Made by a program: the position numbers and the translations under genes
Assembly (NCBI GenBank): GCA_028534125.1
Contig: CM052817.1
Location: forward strand, 20,400,001-20,464,000
Source of the DNA: Lama glama
Taxonomy: Eukaryota
DNA: 64,000 nucleotides
Direction: 5' to 3'
Part shown: positions 25,401-38,660 of the stretch, piece by piece
How positions within the stretch are numbered: position 1 is the stretch's first letter
Layout: every line of letters starts with the position of its first letter
The notes under the pieces: generated by a model
Told to the model about the DNA's origin: nothing
Seen by the model: the letters and a program-made list of their open reading frames with translations, nothing else
Databases searched by the model: none

Positions 25401-28400
25401 CTTAACAATAAGCATTAAAAATGTCACCAGCTTTGCAGTCATATCCTATTAATAGAAAGAAAGTATGATAAACTGGTAAGAAGCCCGACTAATAACCCCC
25501 TCCAGGCCTCACTTGAATTCTTACAGAGCCCACAGATCACCTTGTTACCATTTGGTTAAAAGTTTACCTTTCATTTGGAAACAACCAATTTAAAGCCAAA
25601 GGACTCTGGAAATTAATCAGTGTTAGTTACTGGAGTACTAAGTTTGAACATCATACATGCAGTCTAAAATTACCAGATCATTAGAGCATGAGCAAAGTTG
25701 GGGATGGAACAATTTGGTTTGAGCTGGAAAGCTCATTCAGATTTGGTGTCTGAAAATGGACAATTAGTTATGTGTCTCTAAACTTCAATGTAGACATTGG
25801 TACACTTTCAGAAAGAGGAAAAGAGGAGAAAAGACAAAGATTGCCATGTGTTGGGCATAACCACATTGTCAGGACCTGATGATGTCCACAATTCAGCCTG
25901 TATGTGTTATTATCATGCTAGCAAAATGTTTCCTGGATACACCTTGCGAGAGTTTTTTTTTTTTAAATTCACTTAGGCAAGTGGGAATTGTTCTCAGTCC
26001 CCAGCAATAAACAGTATGAATAACTACTTTACACAGTAAGCAAGTAATAAAAGTGCATGCGCATGTGTTCTTGAGAATTCACCACTCTTAACTTCAAACT
26101 TTTTGATTGTTCTTTTGTAAAACAAGAACAGTTGTTGCCAGAGCACAAGGCAGAAACTCCTAATGGAAAACATGCATTTACAATCGTGTTAACTACTCTG
26201 TTTAGCCTGAGAAGCGTTTCATTGAAGAATCTGGCTTTAGTGTCAGCTTATGCTTTCAAATATCTGTAAGGCTGTTTGCTAATCACTAAATGACGTGAAC
26301 CTTGAGGGACATAAAGTGCCTGATGTCCCCACTGTTTCACATTACAGTTAACGGGGCAGCGTATGCACGTCGTGAAGGAAGGACAGACATGGCTTGTGAA
26401 TAAAAAATTAATCTGTAGATAGTATTTCTGTAATCTACATTTCTGTAATCTACATACAGACAAATGTCTGTATAGATTTCTGTCAGAAATGCTCAGCTCT
26501 ACATTTCAGGCTACAGAGGTACCATGCAAAGAAAATGAGAGTGATTTGGGTGAAACCCAAACAAAGAAAATCCAGCAACCCTTCTAGTCCTTAATTACTA
26601 TGTCATGCACACTTGTGCAGTTTATCCTGTGTTCAGAGCTGACCTGTGTGCTGCTTTTCTGATCTCCAGTGTTAGTAAGGACTAAGACAGGGCTGCCACT
26701 TGAGCTGTGAATTTTGTTTTGGTATAAAATAGTAACAGAAAGAAAGAAATTATTCATCACAGCCTATTTCATATGAAAAGAGCTTGAAACACAGAAAGAT
26801 CCTCACATCTAAAAGCATGACTTACCAAGTAATATGCCTCCGCATTAGAGGGTACAATCCTGGCTGAGAGGCAGATGCAGCTTTTATAAGGTTTATTTTG
26901 GTCTTGATCTCTGATGTTGAACAGATCACTCAGTTTTCCTTTATCTCATTTTCCTAACTTACTCAAAACTCCATGGGAAATATAAGAAATGATAAATCAA
27001 ACAGGGAAATACTGGATATTGGTGACTGCAATTTCTGTTATAGTAAACAAACTATCTTTAAGGAGGGAGGAGGGAGATTAAGCAAAAAATGAAGTAATGA
27101 TGAGATAGCTGAAGATAAGTATTCTCCTAGAAGAATTAGTTTAAAAAATTAAAGAATATTTTGTTACCAAAAATAACAGAGTTGTCATTTTGTTCCTAGC
27201 ACTTATCTGTGGAGGAGAATTGAAGACATATTATTTTATCACTCTGAGTAAAAGCAGAAATGTCTTACTGAAGAAAGGAGAAAAAAGTATGCTTCAGACT
27301 AGAGAGGAAAGTCTCAATTTACAAAAGGGGAAAAATGCAGGGTTTTGCTCAGGTGTCTAAAAAATGTTTGGCTTATTTCTTTTTTATCATTTAAGCTGGT
27401 TTCTTGCTGGTCCTTTTTATTGAATAATTGAAATAAATGGAGGGTAGGGGAGGAACTTTTTCATCAAAGGCAAAAGATAGTAAAAAATGAAAGTACTGAG
27501 GGAATAGAGAAAGGAAGTTGTATCTTTCTGTACTTTCATGATTGCCTACATTTCTCCCTAAACTCATAATTGAAAAGCTCTGAAAAAAAATATCAAGTCC
27601 TGAGCAAACTGCTAGAGAATAAAACATAACATCCTATGCCCCTTCTACCCCCCACTCTCACTTTTGCTCTCTCTCACATGCACGCACGCACATACACTCG
27701 TGCACACGTGCACACACTCCCACAGGCTCAAACTACGTTAAGTTTTAACACAGTCACATGTTTATCTTTGCAAACAAACAAACAAAAATCAGTTTAGGGA
27801 GCATTGAAATTTGAGGGGCACGTTGGCATTTTTTGCAAGCTGCCTTCAGAAAAATGATGATTAATCCTCATAGATTTCAAGTTGTGGGGGAAGATTGCTA
27901 GAATCATGACTTCAGCAAAGCGGACATCCTGCCTTTGGCAGTCTCCCTGAAAGGCATCGGATTGGAGGCAATCTGTGTTTCCCTTGATCCTTCAGCATCC
28001 TGTGCAGTGGAGTCAGTCTGTGGGAGTCTGAGGTGCTGCTCTTTTCTTTTCCCTGTGGCGTCTTGTGAGCTTTTACACTTTCTCTGGCTTCATCTTCCCA
28101 CCAAGCAGTCTGAGTTTTCTCACTGTCTCGGAGGAAGTCAGATGTCAGTGAGTACCAAGCAGCCAAGTGATAAGAATATTTTAAACGCTGAATGTTTTTG
28201 AAGTTTTCAGCATCTCAGCTGGATGGAGAAGGCTATAAAGGACTAACAAATTTGGGATTTTTCTCTTGAATCAGCAAGTTTCCAGTATTCCTTGATCATA
28301 TAATTAAAACATTGTAAAAGCAAAGGTAGAGCTCGAAGTTTGCCTAAGAGGTGTCCCCACCCACCTATGTAACTCTGCAGAAGGAGGGACTTTAAAACTA

Positions 28401-29060
28401 CTAGAAGGTGCACATCCACATGAGTGTTGTTCGTTCACTTATTGAACCCCCAGTTATTGATGTCTCATTGTACTGGGTAAAGCAGGAAGTCATAGTCTTG
28501 TGGAGGAGACAGACTTATAAAGGCGTAATTTTAATGTGATCTTATAACGGCTCTAATGGGAGCTCTGGTGCTTTGGGAAGGACTTACTGATTCCTACGAA
28601 GGTTGATAATAGACAGCCACTTCACAGGGAAGTTATAATGCGGCTTTCATTTCTCTCTCCTGCAGCAGTCCTGCAGCAATCTTGCAACTTTGGCCATATG
28701 GCATTGACTATTCTCTTGGGAACTGGGTTGGAACCCTACCTTTCTTTACATTTCAACAGGTTTTTGCTTTTGATGCATTTCTAATGGATTTTTCCTTTGA
28801 TTGTTAAAATTAGAACCAGTTAATGAGCAATTCAGTGAGCCTCACTGCTTTGTTGTTATCCTATCTTTTTGACCAAAAACTGAACTTACTCACTGTAACT
28901 GTTCACTCTGAATTCTTCACACTTGGCTCTGAATGATTTTAAGTAATTTTCTGATGTCAAACCACCTTCAAATGGCAACTATTACTATCATTGAAGAGAT
29001 TGAAAGAAAAGGAACACATGCTGAGAAGCAATTTCCCAAAGAGGAGTCATATAGATGCTT

Positions 29061-29560
29061 NNNNNNNNNNNNNNNNNNNNNNNNNNNNNNNNNNNNNNNN
29101 NNNNNNNNNNNNNNNNNNNNNNNNNNNNNNNNNNNNNNNNNNNNNNNNNNNNNNNNNNNNNNNNNNNNNNNNNNNNNNNNNNNNNNNNNNNNNNNNNNNN
29201 NNNNNNNNNNNNNNNNNNNNNNNNNNNNNNNNNNNNNNNNNNNNNNNNNNNNNNNNNNNNNNNNNNNNNNNNNNNNNNNNNNNNNNNNNNNNNNNNNNNN
29301 NNNNNNNNNNNNNNNNNNNNNNNNNNNNNNNNNNNNNNNNNNNNNNNNNNNNNNNNNNNNNNNNNNNNNNNNNNNNNNNNNNNNNNNNNNNNNNNNNNNN
29401 NNNNNNNNNNNNNNNNNNNNNNNNNNNNNNNNNNNNNNNNNNNNNNNNNNNNNNNNNNNNNNNNNNNNNNNNNNNNNNNNNNNNNNNNNNNNNNNNNNNN
29501 NNNNNNNNNNNNNNNNNNNNNNNNNNNNNNNNNNNNNNNNNNNNNNNNNNNNNNNNNNNN
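29061..29560. other. Assembly gap (500 N)
   Basis: N run. Confidence 1.
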
Positions 29561-30754
29561 TTTTTTTTCCTCAAAAGAGATTATATTTTAAGTCCTAGGG
29601 TAAATTTTGGCCTGGAAACCTCTCACCCTGAGAGATAACAGGCTAATAACTCCCATTTAGGTGATAATTTTTTAAAAATTCAAATTCTAAATTATATTTC
29701 TCGAATATATGTATCTTCTCGAAGTATCAAATAAGAAGTAGCAGGCAGAGGGTCACTTTTTTTTTAATGTCCCTGTCAAACCTTGTGATAAAAAGATCCT
29801 GAAAAAAGGTTATTTACTGGAAGAACAATCAGACTGATTTTTCTGGAAATTAGCTTCAGTTGTGAGGCCTATGGCATGAAGGGAGAGCAGATGGGTAGAA
29901 GTTCTAGAGGGTGTCACCGGGCAGCTAGCCTTGGTTGCAGTCTCTCCCTTTGCGTTTTGGTATCTCTGTTTCCTTGTGTTTTTTGCTACCAACTTTTCCA
30001 GTCTCCTGAGACCTTATTTTCAGTAACTATTGTTGAAATTCAGCCATTTACTTTCTACAAAATCTTGCAGAATCTCTTTATAATTCTCTCTGGACAATGG
30101 TTTAAGCTAGTACATAAGTTGGGATCTTCTACTGAGAGCGTATTTACACTGGTGAATATTAGTGGGTTAATATGTTAATATCACTACCAGCTATTTGTAA
30201 AAGCTGGAAATTGACTTGATGCAAGAACAGTCCAGCTAGCAATGGTCATTTCAATTATCTAAGTTTGGCTAATGGAAGATCTTTTTTTCTTTTTTCTTCC
30301 TTCTTTCCTTCCTTCTTTCTTTCTCAAGTTTTTGATTGGGTAGAGTCTAGTAAACCATAAATAGATGTTTGAGGATTTTTATCACTGGGTCTTTTATACC
30401 ACTGTTATCATGGTGAATTCTTCCATGAATCAGAATAGAGCAGTATAATTAATCATTTGAACAGGATTTATGATGTGTCTTAATCCTTCAAGTATTTTAA
30501 TGCATTTTTGAATTATTCTCCATCATGGCAATTTATATTGTGGTTTTTAAAAAGGTGTTGGCTAAAACCATTTATGTAATGATCAAATGTTTTAATACCC
30601 TTTGCATAGTTAATGTTGAACTCTGTCTAAGAAAATGGAGGTGTGGTGGTACTACACAACTAGGAAGCTTTAATTTATGTCCTAAGGGGTGTTGGTTAAT
30701 GCATCTAACCATCATTTTCCGTTTTCCAAGGGTCTCCAGGCCTTATTTTAGTCA

Positions 30755-31261
30755 TGAATTAGTTTCCTATTGCTCTTGTACCAAATTATCATGAACATAG
30801 TGACTTAAACAACAGTCATTTATTTCTCATACCTCTGATGGTCAGAAGTCAGAAATGGTTCTCCTCTGGCTAGAATCAACGTATTGGCAGGGATGTGGGG
30901 TTTTTTTGTTTTTTTTTTTTTTTTTTTGGAGAGTTGGGGAAGAATCTATTTTCTTGCCTTTTCCAGTTTCCAGAGACTGCCTGCATTATTTGGCTCTTGA
31001 CTCTTGCATCTTCAAAGCCAGCAATGGTAGGTAGGTAACCTTCTGGCTCCCTGCTCCTCTCTCTTACACACTGAAAGGTGTTGTAATTACATTGGACTCA
31101 TTTGGATAATCCAGTAAAAATCTCTTTATTTTATGATCAATTTATTAGAAATTGATTCCATCTGGACTGTTAATTCCCTTTGCCATGCAAGGTAACATAT
31201 TCATAAATGCCCAGAATTACGATGTGGACATCTTTGTAGGGGCATTATTCTGCTCACTACA
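30755..31261 (-). mobile_element. MaLR solo LTR (MLT1C/D-like)
   Basis: Starts tgaattagtttcctattgct and ends ggggcattattctgctcactaca, with typical internal motifs (gacttaaacaac, cttcaaagccagcaat). Confidence 0.85.
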
Positions 31262-31689
31262 GGTCTGACAGGCAAACATTCTAAATATTTGATAACCACA
31301 TTTTATAAACCACAAAATATTATTTGGGCAGTCTCCAGTTTGACTTTTTTTCCCCCTGTGAAATCTCAACAATTTATCTTATCACCAGATAGATATTTTA
31401 TTATTATCTCTACTGGATCTTACTTTTCCCTCAAAAGAATTTGTATTTGAAAAAGCTTAAGGATAGAAAAAGCTACAGTGATTTTTTTTTCTGTAAGATA
31501 AACTTTTATATATAAAGCCATCAAATCTTTTAAGATGTGACCAGTAATATGATTTCATGATTTCACTCTCAACTTTAATAAGAGTTTATAACCGCAGTAA
31601 CTTTTTAAACTAGTTTTTATTTAACTTAAGTACCTATTATGTGCAAATACTATAGTTGTTGTTAGATGGGGTCTGAATGACTTGCTCAA

Positions 31690-31870
31690 CCAGAGGCAGC
31701 AAAGAGGTGAGACTAGCTTTCAGGCTGAATATATCTGATTCCTCTTTGGGTTTCAATATCCTAATCTGTAATCTGGGAATAGTGGTGTCTCATGAAGGGG
31801 TGTTATGAGGATTAAATGAAATAATGGAGACACAGATCCTGGGACACACAGGAACTCAACCAAGGATAGT
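31690..31870 (+). mobile_element. MIR SINE
   Basis: atcctaatctgtaatctgggaatagtgg...gttatgaggattaaatgaaataat. Confidence 0.7.
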
Positions 31871-33049
31871 ATCCTTACTCTCCAGGACTTGGCCTGACAG
31901 TGATACCGCTAGAAGGGTAGCATGATGGCGGGGCTGTCTTGAGGGCAGTAAAATGTAATTCTATCTGGCAGTAGTCATAATTCCTCTCTTTCTAACTGCC
32001 AGGGCTTATGATTTGTTTTATTTCAGGAGTCCATACTAATTGTGATCGGACTACTAGGTATCAACAGGGGAAAGGATATGTTTTGATTTAGAAAAGACCA
32101 TTCAGTCATAGCTTACTGAAAAGCATTCAGTTTAGTCCTGTGTGAAGTTTCACTGGAGACTGTGAATCCAAGATAATGTCCCCCTATGAAAGAAACATAA
32201 ATAAATAAATAAATGTTGACTCTGGAGAAAAGATTTGGTCTCACCAATTCTCATCAATCAGTGTTCCCTGAGATAAAAGGAAATGTTACCTGTTGCTCCT
32301 TTGATATCTGAACTTCTTCTGGCACGTATATGCTGACAGCACTTTGTTCCTGAAAGTCTGATAGCAGTTTGTTTCTCTTTGTCTGAATGAGCAGATTTCA
32401 GTAAGGCCAGATTCTCTACAAAAGGAGAGGAAAGGTAGAAACAGTCTCTACAATTCTGAAATGCATTAAACGTCTTTCTTACTTTAACATCAAATGATCA
32501 AATATATAAGCATGCCTGAAGTTATTCTATATTTCCATTGTAATTCTGGTAGGAATTTTTGTAGAAGGGGCTCAGAATACATTATCTTTCAAGAGGGTTC
32601 CAATTGTCAATACAGCAGGCCTGCAACATTATTCTTCTAATGGGTAGGAAAAGAGATAATAGGTGACTAACTATATCACTCACGCTTACTGTAGTGCCCC
32701 AAGAATTCCACCATGACTTTTGCATTTGAGAGGAAACACAACGGCCCTGATGATGAAACACTGGAATTTAGGCAAGTAGTAATAAAAGGAAGTTTAGTTC
32801 AGTAAATTGTTATAAGGCCAGTATGAAATGAGATTATGATTTGCATATAAAAAATTCTGTACATACCATTATTACTCTGTAGAATTTTTAGGTGCATGTT
32901 TCTTAGTTGCTGTGTCTATGGGTGTCATTTTCTCATCTGTAAAGATAAGTATTCTAATAATATCTATTTATAGAATTGTGGGGCTCAAGTATAAATAAGT
33001 AGGTGAAAGTAATCTATAAACTGTAAATTGCTGTATGGAGGTTATTTAT

Positions 33050-33155
33050 ATCTATTGGGTAGATGCCAGGGAAGCTGCTAAACATTATACAAGGCACAAG
33101 GAAGCTACTCACAACATAGAAGTGTGATGCACAAAATGTCAATAATACCAAAGTA
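33050..33155 (+). mobile_element. MER20 (hAT-Charlie) fragment
   Basis: gggtagatgccagggaagctgctaaacattatacaaggcacaagg...caaaatgtcaataataccaa resembles MER20. Confidence 0.75.
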
Positions 33156-33199
33156 GAGCCCCTGGCCTATAGTGAGTAATAGCCACTCTCCCACCTCTA

Positions 33200-33518
33200 G
33201 GCTGAAGGTGGTAAGAGGAGAGGGAAGTTAATGGAATCACAAAGGAGAAGCATTTGGAGAGGGCTGCCCAAAGTGGCCGCAGAAGCTGGGAGTCAAGGAA
33301 TAAATACTCTGACCTCTTTCTTCTCTCTCTTTTTAGTCTGGGTCTGGAATCCCCACTGGTCAAACCTGGCTCTAAGCCAGAGGGAAAGGGATCCTGTGAA
33401 TGTAATCTATGTTGGTCAACCTCCTGAGTGTTAGACATGATCAAATGGATAAGATGAGGGTGGACAGAACAGGTGCATAGGTTGGGGGTGAGAAATTGAA
33501 AATATTTATCCCCAACCA
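33200..33518 (-). mobile_element. ERVL LTR33-like fragment
   Basis: ataaatactctgacctctttctt...ccactggtcaaacc...aagccagagggaaagggatcc...gtcaacctcc motif series. Confidence 0.65.
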
Positions 33519-33759
33519 TGACTCACTGTCTCTAATTAATATTCAGCTCTGTGAGTCCACAAGGAAACAATGTCTGTGGATAGGTTCATCTATATGCAGA
33601 GAGAAAAGTCAATCATGGGTTCAAATTTGAAGAGAAGGAAAATTCAGAAATACATCTGTAAATTAATTCTTTCCTAGAGATAGTTTGTGTTTGTTCATGG
33701 TAGTAAAACATAGTAAGGATCTGCATGTATCTTTTTCTACTATATGCCTTTGTCTATTT

Positions 33760-34130
33760 ATGTCCATTCATTAATTTACCAGGTTACTGAGAGTGTGCTG
33801 AGTGCCTGGTACTGGTCCAAGTACAGAAGATACAAAAAATGGATACCAAATGGTGCCACTCTGGAAGCAGCTTTGGATGTAGGAGGAAAGACAGTTATAA
33901 AGCAAATCACTGCAACACTTGGAGCATTTACGTATGAAGTAGTATGGGAGACAGAGGAGGTACTAGCTGGGATGTAGAAAGGCCTTGTAGAAAGTGACCT
34001 TGACAGAATCTCGAAGGTCAGGTAGGTGTTTTCTGGACAGAAGAATAGGATTAGTTAGTCAAGAGTTGGAGATGTCCTTTGTGGTGGAGTGGAAACAGCG
34101 ATAAGGTATTCTGTTTCCAAGGACTTCGTG
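33760..34130 (-). mobile_element. L2 fragment
   Basis: Reverse L2 tail cattcattaatttaccaggttactgagagtgtgctgagtgcctgg followed by a purine-rich body. Confidence 0.6.
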
Positions 34131-34623
34131 TTCCATGCAGAGATATTGGAACTATAACTACAAAGTAGACGAGAATCATAGGATATATGGGCAATGTTCT
34201 TGCAAATTTGACTTTTTTTTTTTTTAATTTCCAACTTCGGTGCCCTTGTGTGGTATGAGCCACTCAGAATTTTGTCTTTAAATTGAAATCTTTAAAAATA
34301 ATATTAAACTTGATGCTGTACCAATTCAGTTACTTCTGAGTAAGCTTAATTTAGTGAAGATTTTACTGGGGCATTTTGATGTTCAAAAGTGATAGCACTT
34401 AATAAATGTTCTTTGCTGGGCTATTCTGATTAAAGTGTCAGAGGATCAAAGATCTCAGCCATGTTTTGAGAGTAAGAGTCCCTCTTCTGTTTCTCAACTA
34501 TAAATGTTCCTTAAATCCTCACATACATGCTGAGAAATATTTTTATATCATTATCTTCTAGAAATAATCATAGTTGGGGGACAGACTTTTTAAAAGTTTG
34601 TAAGCTAAATAATTGAGACTCAA

Positions 34624-34688
34624 AAAATTATTTTAATTGAAATATAGTCAATTACAATATGTCAATTTCTGGTGTACAACATAATGTT
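34624..34688 (-). mobile_element. Extremely 5'-truncated L1 3' end with 11-bp TSD
   Basis: ttttaattgaaatatagtcaattacaatatgtcaatttctggtgtacaacataatg is a laurasiatherian L1 3' terminus in reverse. TTGAGACTCAA flanks it at 34613-34623 and 34689-34699. Confidence 0.8.
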
Positions 34689-37259
34689 TTGAGACTCAAG
34701 TTTTATACTATGTGGATGCACCTAAATTTGATGCTATTTAAATATAAATACACATACATTTTCCTTGGTCTCTATAAGATTTATTAATCATTGTATGCCC
34801 CTCAATACATTTCCAAACCAAGGGATCGAAGCCAGCAGTGACGAACTAGCAGCAACTACCTGGTGTCTCTTCTCTTTAGTTTTGAACCTGAAGCTTGAAG
34901 GGAAATGTCATTATAATTGAGTAGTTAGCCTTAATATTTCCACTTCTCAAAATAATGAAGCTATCTTTTGATCTGAATATGAGAAGTGTTAAAAACACAA
35001 GTAAATATTAGAAGATGTGGAGACTTCTTTTCCTACTGACACTTTCTGCAAACCTTCCTGAGTGGGCGTCTTTCAGTGAAGGTCAGAATCTTGGTGATTA
35101 CTGGTGGCTGCAGAAGCTGGTGATGGAACTTTGACCCTGATTCTTAGACAACCAGTCTCTTGTCTTCCTCATCCCTTTAGGTTTCTTGTTTTGGGGTGAA
35201 AATCCCTGGAAATAAATGGGACAGATTTTATGAATAAAAGTTTTTTGCCCCACATACACTATTGGTATTTAAATAAATGGCAATTCAATTTCCAAGTAAG
35301 TAAATGTATTACTGTAACCCAATTAAAAATATTAGGCTTCAAAATGGGAGCATTTGAACTTGGTGTCATGGATTTTGGGAAGTTCTGAAAGGAATGAGAA
35401 GCATTGAGATTCCAGGAATCTTTGATTAAATTACGTTAATGAAAGTGGAAGAGTTCTCAGCTGGCTGGTATGGAAGATGAAACACCACAAATGTCAGCAT
35501 CGTGTCTGGCGACTCTTCGAGTCATTATAAACAGTAATGGGCAGTATAAAAGACAAGGTCAAAGCATTTCTCTTAACTCTTCCATACAGATTATTTTTAT
35601 TTCTGGTACATATCTCATTTCCCTTCACGTATCTTTAACTGTAAAGAGAGAGAGAACGTTTACAATTCTTTTATTGGTAAGGAAACAGAATGAAAATCCC
35701 CCAGTTTATATGCAGTTGCTGTGAACTGTATTTTTCTAAGTGGTAATGTGGTTAAGTTAGCAGTTTTCTAAGAAGTATGTTTTCACATAAATTGCAAATT
35801 TTGCTGAGTTGATACATGAAGGTGCGTTGTAGGCAAACTTGAGACGTTGCTTCAAGTAGGCACTTAACATAGGCAGATTGTTAAGAGCTCACCATGCAAG
35901 ATGGTGTGCCATGTGCCATACAATCTATGGATTTTTGGCACAGGGCTCATACTAAGTTTGAGCCGGGCTTCCATGGCAATGCCTATTTTTAGGCTCTGTT
36001 AGAGGACAAACTGACTCTTCTATCATTCAACAAGTACTTATTAAACACCTACACTCTTGGACTCTGCTCTTGTTCTCATGTTGCATCTTAATTTAGAATG
36101 AAGATATAAAGGTTTTTACATATGTGATGGATTTTTAAAAATTGCAAAGTAGCCTCTTCCAAGTATTCCTCCCAAAGGAGTAGTTACCAATAATTTCTGA
36201 TTTCACTGTGGACATAAATAAGGAACTGTGTTGGAAAATAAATCATTTTGTCTGTAATTTAAAATAAGGTTTGAATTGTGTTTGATTACCGTGAAGTGTA
36301 TTGATAAAACCTTGATTTTGTCTGCAAAGTGTTACTGATCATAGAAACTACCAAAAATAACAGCATAGTGGGTTTCTGAAATACATTTTCATAAGATACA
36401 TTGAATCTCTATACACACCCTTGTCAAATTGGAGTCAAGTTGGACAATCAGAGTTAGCTTAAAATTAAGCCTCCTCCAGCAGTTAGCCCTGTTGCGTCCA
36501 CTCAGAGCCATCAAGGTATCCTGCAGATACTCCCATGGTTTTTCTCGAAGGAGGAGGCAGTAGTAGAAAGGGTTACTATTACCCTCTACCATGACTCATT
36601 AGAACATGTCCTGAAATAAGTGTAGCTCCATATCAGGCAGGCAGCAAAGCATTCCCAAGTCATTTATCAGATGAAAAGGAAGGAGGCTGTCAAATTCAAG
36701 CATCCCTGGTAATGTGAGCAAAAAAAGTGTCACTTTATTATTTTCCCTTTCTTCTATAGAAAACATGATATGTTGATTTATTTTAGATTGTTTAGGGTCT
36801 AAGGTATTTTATGGTTGCAAAAGTTATGAATTAAAGGTCCTAAATTGTAAGGTGTTAGGGATGAAATTCACATCCAATGTGGGAGATATTAGTTGGAAAC
36901 AATAAATCTTGTCAGGCTCAAGGTACTTTCATTGCTGTAAAAAAAAAAATGAAGGTCATAAGATAATACTATTCAGGGAAATATGTAAGACATTTAAAGA
37001 GATTCATCATTTTTCATATGACATACAGATACCCTTTTAAAAGATTTCAGTATTTTATCTTTGATTTGATTTGGTATTTAAATATTTTAAGTCAACTCTT
37101 GAGAAACCGATATATATTTTTTGACATATCTAATTGCATAGTTTAACAAATGGACGGGTGGTCAAGGTTTCTGGTGAGTGTCTATAATTGTTTGGTGGTG
37201 TTCAGATGGCTTCAGTGATTTTATTGTTAATCATATTCAAGGAAATCCACACTGACAGA

Positions 37260-37470
37260 GGTTCTTCTGTATACTAGACACTGTGCTAGGTGTGTTTAGG
37301 CTGATTAGGGCATTTCATTCTCAGGGTGCCGATGGATATTGTTTTTCTGTTGGCTTTCTCAGTTAAAGAAGCTGAAGCTCAAGCTTTGATAACCTGCCTG
37401 AGATTGTCTAGTTAATCAGAGGTAGAGCTGGACCGGAACCCACGGCTCTGTGACTTCGCAGATTCTTCTC
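37260..37470 (-). mobile_element. MIR SINE
   Basis: agacactgtgctaggtg...gaagctgaagctcaag...aacctgcctgagatt...agagctggaccggaaccca. Confidence 0.7.
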
Positions 37471-38029
37471 TCGAAGATTAGTCACTAGTCTCACCCAGCA
37501 TCTCACAAGATTTGTGCTTTTCTGTAATATTAATGAGGGAGCAAAGGCTCAAATGTGCTTGACCTTAGAAATGTAAACAACCTTAGTGTTTAAAATCCCG
37601 GGTGCATTTCTATTTTTGAATAAGTAGGCTTCTGAAAGCTGCACGTACAAATTTATTTTCTGAAAGCTTAGAGGAAGCTACTGCTTTTTTCATATATTGA
37701 TGGTGGCCGGAGGTGATGCATAGATTTGGTTCTGTCTGTAATTGTTTACATCTAGAGAAGTTTGTATGTGAAAGGTTGTTGTAAACAAGTTCTTGTTGGG
37801 CCCTGAAAGCTCCTTTCACTTCCCTGTACTCCTTCCTCACTGCTGCTTACAGAAAAAAAAAAAAGAGGCCTCTAGTCCTGAACCCTCAAAACATCTTTGT
37901 CTCCTAAGTTATTTTCTCAACAAATAAAACCTTCAGTCGCATCCCACAGGATAAAGTGAGGACCAATGAGTAGCGCAAAAAGATTCTTAGCAAATGAATG
38001 AATCCATCTCTGTTTCTTGATTTATTTCC

Positions 38030-38420
38030 CAAGTTCACTCTGCTACAGCCACACTAAACTGCCGTTTGCCCTGTGAACGTTCCCTTTATCTGCTCCATGC
38101 CTTTGTGCATTCCCTTTTCTCTGTCTGAACTGTCCTTCGATCCTGCTCCATTCCTCTGAAACACACGTATATTTCATGACTTAATGACTCAGCTCAAATG
38201 TCATTTCCTATGCAGAGCTTTCCCTACCTCTCAGAGTGTTCTGTTTTCTTGCTTTTCGTCTTTGTTCACATATGCTAATCACTTTGCATTGTAATTCACT
38301 TTTTGTACGCCTATTCCTGCAATAATGTGACCTTCTTAGGAAAAAGGATTATACCTAATTTATTATTGAATATCCGGTGTCCTATACATAGTGGATTCTC
38401 AAGAAAAGCTTGTAGAACAG
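38030..38420 (+). mobile_element. L2 fragment
   Basis: gcctttgtgcattccc...ctcagctcaaatgtcatttcctatgcagagctttccct L2 motif. Confidence 0.65.
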
Positions 38421-38454
38421 TTTCAGTGGTCAAATTAACAAATGTAAACAGCAA

Positions 38455-38660
38455 GCTTTTGTTTAATATGTATTTAACATGCTCTGTGCCAGGCAGTGGT
38501 CACGGCACTGGGATATGGCAAAGAACGGCACTGATAAAACTCACTGCTATCGTTGCTGTCACATCTACGGGAGGGATGCGGATAATTAATGATATAAATA
38601 AGGAAAGCCTAAGATAGGATGGTGGCAAATGCTGTGAAAAAAACGCTGATACAAGAGATG
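38455..38660 (-). mobile_element. L2 fragment
   Basis: tatttaacatgctctgtgccaggcagtgg...gcactgggatat, reverse L2 tail. Confidence 0.6.

Noticed and set aside
29698..29723. Two TTCTCGAA heat-shock-element-like units
   Set aside because: Only two pentamer units each, without contiguous nGAAn phasing; plausible by chance.
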